Below are positions 58,317 to 64,000 of a DNA stretch of 64,000 bases, one piece after another. Made by a program: the position numbers and the translations under genes. Source of the stretch: Eledone cirrhosa (taxonomy: Eukaryota); assembly GCA_964016885.1 (NCBI GenBank), contig OZ024748.1, positions 55,490,001 through 55,554,000 on the forward strand, given 5' to 3'. The notes beneath the pieces were generated by a model that was given only the letters and a program-made list of their open reading frames with translations, made no database searches and was not told the origin of the DNA. Each line of letters opens with the position of its first letter. Position 1 is the first letter of the stretch.

Positions 58317-58552
58317 GTGTGTATGTGTGTGGGTGTGTGTGGGTGTGTGTGCGTGTGCGTATATGTGCGAATGTGTGTTTGCATTCCAGTACTTGTGGTT
58401 ATTATTTATGTTTGTATATATCATCTATATATTAGTAGTTCGTCAACTGCAGTTAGGAAATAGGTACGAGATTTGATCTGATTACGGGGATATCCCAGAA
58501 TGGCCGCGATCTAATGACTGAAACAATTATAATAATAACAGGATGTGTATAA

Positions 58553-58584
<32 letters not shown>

Positions 58585-59149
58585 TCATATACATATGCAT
58601 ATACACACACACGTATATATATATTAATATACATATATATATATATAGAGAGTCATATACATATGCATACGCACACTCACATATATATATATATATATAT
58701 ATATTGTGTGTGGTCAAATACACTCACACCAGTGTGAGTGTATGTATGTGTGTGTGTGCGCGTGTGTGTGTAAATAAATAAACTTTTCGAAAACATAACA
58801 ATTATGGTTAAGCGTTATAACTTTCTCTGGGAACTCTGTTAATTAGTGATACACATTTTTCCATTATCAGTAATATAATACATCTAGAGCACTGGAGATT
58901 AGATCAGTCTGAGACTCAAGAATTAGACAGAAACGAAAAGTGGAAGGGTTTGAAAATAACATTTATCACTGATGCTTGACAAGTGCTGTAGAGCTAGACG
59001 TAAATTCCCTGGCACGCTACGTGTGTGATCCCTGTTTTAATTCTCTATTTTAAGATCATTTCCATTTACTTAGAATAACAATACATTTTATGGAGGGAAA
59101 TGTATGAATGCCATTACTTCAATAATAATATTAATAATAACAATAATAA

Positions 59150-59379
59150 CAGTTTCTGATTTATACACTATAAAAGGCCTATAATTTTTTGGGAAATGGA
59201 AGTCGATTAAATCGACCCGTGTGCGTTACTGGTGTATTTTGTTTCTTGTATCAACCATTTATGAATGAAAGACAAAGTTAACCTTGGTGACATTTGAAAT
59301 CAGAATGTAAAGGAACGTAACTATGTGCCGCAAATCATATTTCCCGACGCCCAACCGATATTGCCAATGCACCGCCATC

Positions 59380-59428
<49 letters not shown>

Positions 59429-60105
59429 TGTTTCTACTTTTGGCACAAGGCCTGCAATTATCCCAGTGTAATGGTGCTTTATTTTATCGACTCCGTAAGG
59501 AGGAAAGGCAAAGCATGGCGTCCGACCCTCTACCGATACTGCTAAATAATGATTTCTAATTTAGGCAACAATTTGTAGGAGAAAGACAATTAAATCGACC
59601 CCATTGTGTCATCGACCCAGTAAGGATGAAAGGCAAATTTAACCTCCCCGGGATTTGAACTCAGAAGTAAATGTTCGTAACTCTATGCAACGAAGTATAT
59701 TGTCCGACGCTCTACCGTATATTGTCTATCACTCTCTCTCTCTAAAAAAAAATCATATTCGACTCCTTAAATATAGGCACATAAGAACTTGTAGTGTGAG
59801 GCGAGAAACCTTCTGCAAAAGGGAAGACATATTGGACTCACCAGCAAAGACTGTTTGATTATGGCAAGAAATGTGATGTTCATGATAAGGTCTACACTCT
59901 GGCTAAGCAATAGCAACAGCATCAGTATAAACATCAAAACAATTACTAACAACACCAATATTATTAACCCCCCCCCCCCAACAAGTTGTAAGGATGAAAG
60001 GCAACATTAACCACGGTGGGATTTGAACTCAGAATGTAAGGGGTCGTAACGGTATGCATCTAAGCAAGTTGTCCGACGCTCTACCATTCTGCCAACCCAC
60101 CGGCC
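59150..60105 (-). mobile_element. SINE family 1 cluster (4 copies)
   Basis: Consensus matches at 59150-59377, 59425-59542, 59550-59722 and 59985-60105. Confidence 0.8.
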
Positions 60106-60621
60106 TACTGTCATTTATATAATGTCAGAAATTATTATCATTAATATACTGGTTGCAGCAAGTTATATTCAATATTAATAACATTAAATCATCATAAAAT
60201 ATTATTGTCAAATGAGAAACATTTTCCAGTGATTATTTCTATTTTAATTACATAGAATCAACGAATAGAAGATACTATAGGATTTTATTGAAACTAAATT
60301 AGTTTACACATCAGAAAATGTCTGCAACTGTTTTGTTACTACATGCAATAAGGCAACTATTTATGCATTGCATTCAATCTTTAATACTATAACAAGTGTA
60401 GATCACAAATCACTTAGAGAGAGTTCAATGTTCCGTTCAACAATGACACGTTTAAATTTCAGAAACAAAGAACTAATCTGGAGAAGAAATTAGTAAATTT
60501 TAGAAACCATTAAAACATGAAAACCACGAACATTTAAGAAGAGAGAACGATAACACACACACACACACACTCACACACACACACACACATGCACATACCC
60601 CCCCCCCCCCCCCCACGCACA

Positions 60622-60665
<44 letters not shown>

Positions 60666-61977
60666 CTCTGTCTCTCACTCTCTCTCTCACTCTCTCTCTC
60701 TCCCCCTCTATCACACCCATACATGCACACAGAAAACACACCATACAAGGGGATTGGAAAATCATGTGATGATGCTAGTTGAATTGGACAATTAAGAATG
60801 AAAAAGAATGATGTATTTAGGGCTAAGTCCAGTGAATTACCTTCAGTTTAGATATATTGCCTACGAACAAACCATAGATAAAGGGACATGGTTGAATCTC
60901 CACTATTTTAATTGCAGCTCAGTTCTACTCTCGACTCGGACTATTTACTCTGCCGCCACCTATTTTTAGAGTCAATGACATAGTCTATACATGTTCTATA
61001 TATTAGTGGGGCGCTGTGTGGAATTTATGTGTAGGTTTGGGAACGAATGTGGCGTACTTATGTCTTTGTATATGTATATATAATTGATAAATGGATATGA
61101 TATATATATGTACGATTTATATATATGATCATACACATATTTGGGTCATAGCTGGATGCATGTATGTGAACGTGCGTTAGAATTTATGTGTATGTTTGTA
61201 ATTAATGTATTTGCGTTTGATTTGTAGCATGTATATTTTATATATATTCATGTGAAGACTTTGGTGTCTATTTGTATATACGTTTGAGCTTGCGTATTTC
61301 TGTGTGTATATTCATGGCGCATATGGTTATCTGAATTAGGATAGATGTATGATGATGATGATGATGATGATTATGAAGAAGGGCCTGGTTTCTAGGAGTA
61401 GGGGTTAGAAATGGAACGTAGACGTTTCGTCATTGAAGCACGGAAAAGATGGCGACGCCTATAAAGATGGCAGCTACTGGAACAATGAGTGTTCGTCTGT
61501 AGAAATATTCCTGCCACGCCTACTGTCAGAGAATTTGAAACAATTAGCAAAGGAAATGAACATGGAAATAAAATCGAAGAAAAAGAACAAAAGAGAAAGA
61601 AGAGTGAATGTGTATGTATATATGTGTGTAAATTTGTGAGAGAGCAGAGGGTGGATAAGATATTGATAAGGAAGTTAGCGAGAAAGATATGTAAAGGTTT
61701 GGTTAGGTGAAGTATGAGATAACAATTAAAGAAAGGGATAAGATTATGAAAAAGGAAAAGTAGTATGAGAGATGAGATGAAAAAAATAATACAAGTAAAA
61801 ATTATATGAAAGAAACCCCACCAAAAAAAGGTGTGTGTGTATATATATATGTGTGTGTATGTGTGGGTATGTGTGTGGGTTTGATAATCTTTCGTGTATG
61901 TAAAATGGGAAGATGACGTATAAAGATAAAAGGGCTAAAAATGAAAAGAAAGGGATACGAGTAGGAAGTTGGAAAAA

Positions 61978-62029
<52 letters not shown>

Positions 62030-62034
<5 letters not shown>

Positions 62035-62072
62035 GGTGTTCCAAAAACGTATACACTTTTTCATTAGAATTC
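62030..62072. mobile_element. Single Tc1/mariner MITE end
   Basis: tacagggtgttccaaaaacgtatacacttt. Confidence 0.6.
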
Positions 62073-62098
62073 CTTTGACAGAACTTTTCTAGGACAAA

Positions 62099-62177
<79 letters not shown>

Positions 62178-62695
62178 TATATATATATATATAAACCTTT
62201 TTCCAACTTCCTACTGTATCCCTTTATATATATTAGAGATAGGAAGAGTGAGGAAGTGTCGACTATGGGGCGCAGGAGAATGATTAAAGGGATATTAAAA
62301 AAGAAATTGTGAAATAAGAAAATATTTAAAATGGAAGTTAAATAAAAATTCAAGAATGTTTATCTTAATGCGGGTCTGTGTTGGAGGAGAGTCCATTGTA
62401 TGTACTGTTACTTATTTAAGAGCCCTTGGAAAATAAAATATAAATTGGCGTTTAATATCTAAAGGATGTTTACTAAATAATACCTTGTTTAACTTTATAC
62501 TTTACTAATATTTCATAACCCGAATTTGTTCATTTACATGTTTGACATTTATAGGTTAGTCTGAAAAATGGGCCCGTGTCCTTGCTTCTAGGGATTCTGT
62601 GACTAGCGGGCGTAAGGCGAAGATTAAACTACACCACATAGGTTATTGTTGAATCAGAAACTGAAAGCTTAATATGGAATGGATTTTACTTACAG

Positions 62696-63097
62696 CAGAA
62701 ATGTCAAACTTGCGTCCCTTTACAAGTACACCTGCAGCCCTTTACAAGTACACCTGCAGCCCTTTACAAGTACACCTGCAGCCCGCACAAATGTTTTTAC
62801 AGCGCCACCATGTTTTATCTTCGTAATATAAAATGAAATAAAAAATAGTTGTAATGTGCGAAATTAGTTGTCATGTGTGGCCCTCAGACAACACATATGT
62901 GGCCCATGTGGCCCTCAGACAACACATATGCGACCCATGTGGTCCTCGGGTGACACATATGTGACCCATGTGGCCCTCAAACAACACATATGTGACCCAT
63001 GTGGCCCTCAGACAACACATATGTGACCCATGTGGCCCTCGGACAACACATATGTGACCCATGTGGCCCTCGGGTGACACTCAGTTTGACATGCCTG
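62696..63097. mobile_element. hAT (Buster/Charlie-type) non-autonomous transposon
   Basis: TIRs cagaaatgtcaaact / agtttgacatgcctg. Perfect 8-bp TSD ACTTACAG (62688-62695, 63098-63105) with central TA. Internal 22-bp x3 and 31-bp x~6.5 tandem arrays. Confidence 0.92.
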
Positions 63098-63267
63098 ACT
63101 TACAGCTCACAAGTGTTGGGGTTTTTTTTTGTTCAGTTTATAAACCCTGCATAAGACACACACTTACCCAATCCTTTTCTATTTACAATACCACTAACCC
63201 CTAATTCAACGTTGATCATATGTACCTTATATAGATCCCCCTCCCCCCAAGGTGATTTCTGGTATAA

Positions 63268-63452
63268 ATGCTTCTACATTTGGCACAAGGCCAGCAATTA
63301 CCCAATGCATTACTGGTACTTTATTTTATCGACCACGTAAGGATGAAAGTCAAAGTTAACCTCGGCGGGATTTGAACTCAGAATGGCAAGGGCCGCAACT
63401 CGATACGTCACAGCACGGCGTCCGATCCGCTACCGATACTGCCAATCCACCG
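63268..63452 (-). mobile_element. SINE family 1
   Basis: Consensus match. Confidence 0.9.
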
Positions 63453-63546
63453 ACTTTCTAGTATTATGTCAATACGAAATTAATAATATTGATAAGTAAA
63501 TTATAATTGTTGATTAATTCATGATGAAAGAATGCCTTTTGAAGGC

Positions 63547-64000
63547 AGGGTCTGTGGGGAGAGAGAGGAGACTGTGGCTCACATTGTATCAGAGTGTAAA
63601 CACCTAGCCCAGACTCACTATAAAGGCTGGAGACATGATGTGATGGGCAGGGTGATCCACTGGCACCTATGCAAAGTAAACAATTTACCACATTCTGAGA
63701 AGTGGTATGAGCATAAGCCAGAGTCGGTGATAGAAAACGATCAGGTGAAGGTGCTATGGGATTTTAGGATACAGACGGACAAGAAAATGGAACACAATAG
63801 ACCTGACCTGGTGGTTTTGGACAAGGAAAAAAGATCGTGCCTGATTGTGGATGTGGCTTGCCCATTCGACACGAGAGTGCAAGAGAAGGAGAGGGAGAAA
63901 ATTAACCGATACCAGGACTTAAAGTGGGAGGTAAAAAGGATTTGGAACTGCCATGAAGTCAAAGTGGTCCCGATTGTCATAGGCGCACTAGGTACTATCT
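63547..64000 (+). mobile_element. R4/Dong-clade LINE: zinc knuckle remainder plus restriction-like endonuclease, open to the window end
   Basis: Uninterrupted frame RVCGEREETVAHIVSEC...RHD...VLWDFRIQTDKKMEHNRPDLVVLDK...IVDVACPFD...KINRYQDL...VVPIVIGALGTI (RPD..D..K RLE motif). Absent from the ORF track because no stop falls in the window. Confidence 0.93.

Noticed and set aside
62716-63080. CRISPR-like regular repeats
   Set aside because: Tandem units without unique spacers, inside a hAT MITE in eukaryotic DNA.

Overview
AT-rich eukaryotic (metazoan) DNA made almost entirely of repeats. It is most likely intronic or intergenic sequence from an octopod cephalopod, an inference from the SINE families recalled from memory. 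Nearly all entries in the ORF track are translations of (TA)n, (CA)n, (GA)n or trinucleotide microsatellites. No host gene can be called; one weak first-exon candidate lies at 22.75 kb. Supported contents: about 35-40 copies of a tRNA-head SINE (strongly minus-strand biased, several with TSDs), a second SINE family, 3' fragments of RTE/RTE-X, R4/Dong (restriction-like endonuclease) and probably L1/Tx1 LINEs, a hAT (Buster/Charlie-type) MITE with a perfect 8-bp TSD, Tc1/mariner MITEs, and a ~500-bp foldback element. The most notable signal is a community of at least six distinct short (130-750 bp) element families sitting inside (TA)n tracts. Most are asymmetric palindromes (inverted arm, arm, unique 3' tail), and their arms fold into type I hammerhead ribozymes. 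This is the architecture of Penelope-like-element pseudo-LTRs. Several families carry fixed non-canonical cores: a U3-A8 compensatory pair (UUGAAAA), CAGAAGA, U.U at the base of stem II, and NUU cleavage triplets. All coordinates and folds were read by eye, and element ends are approximate.
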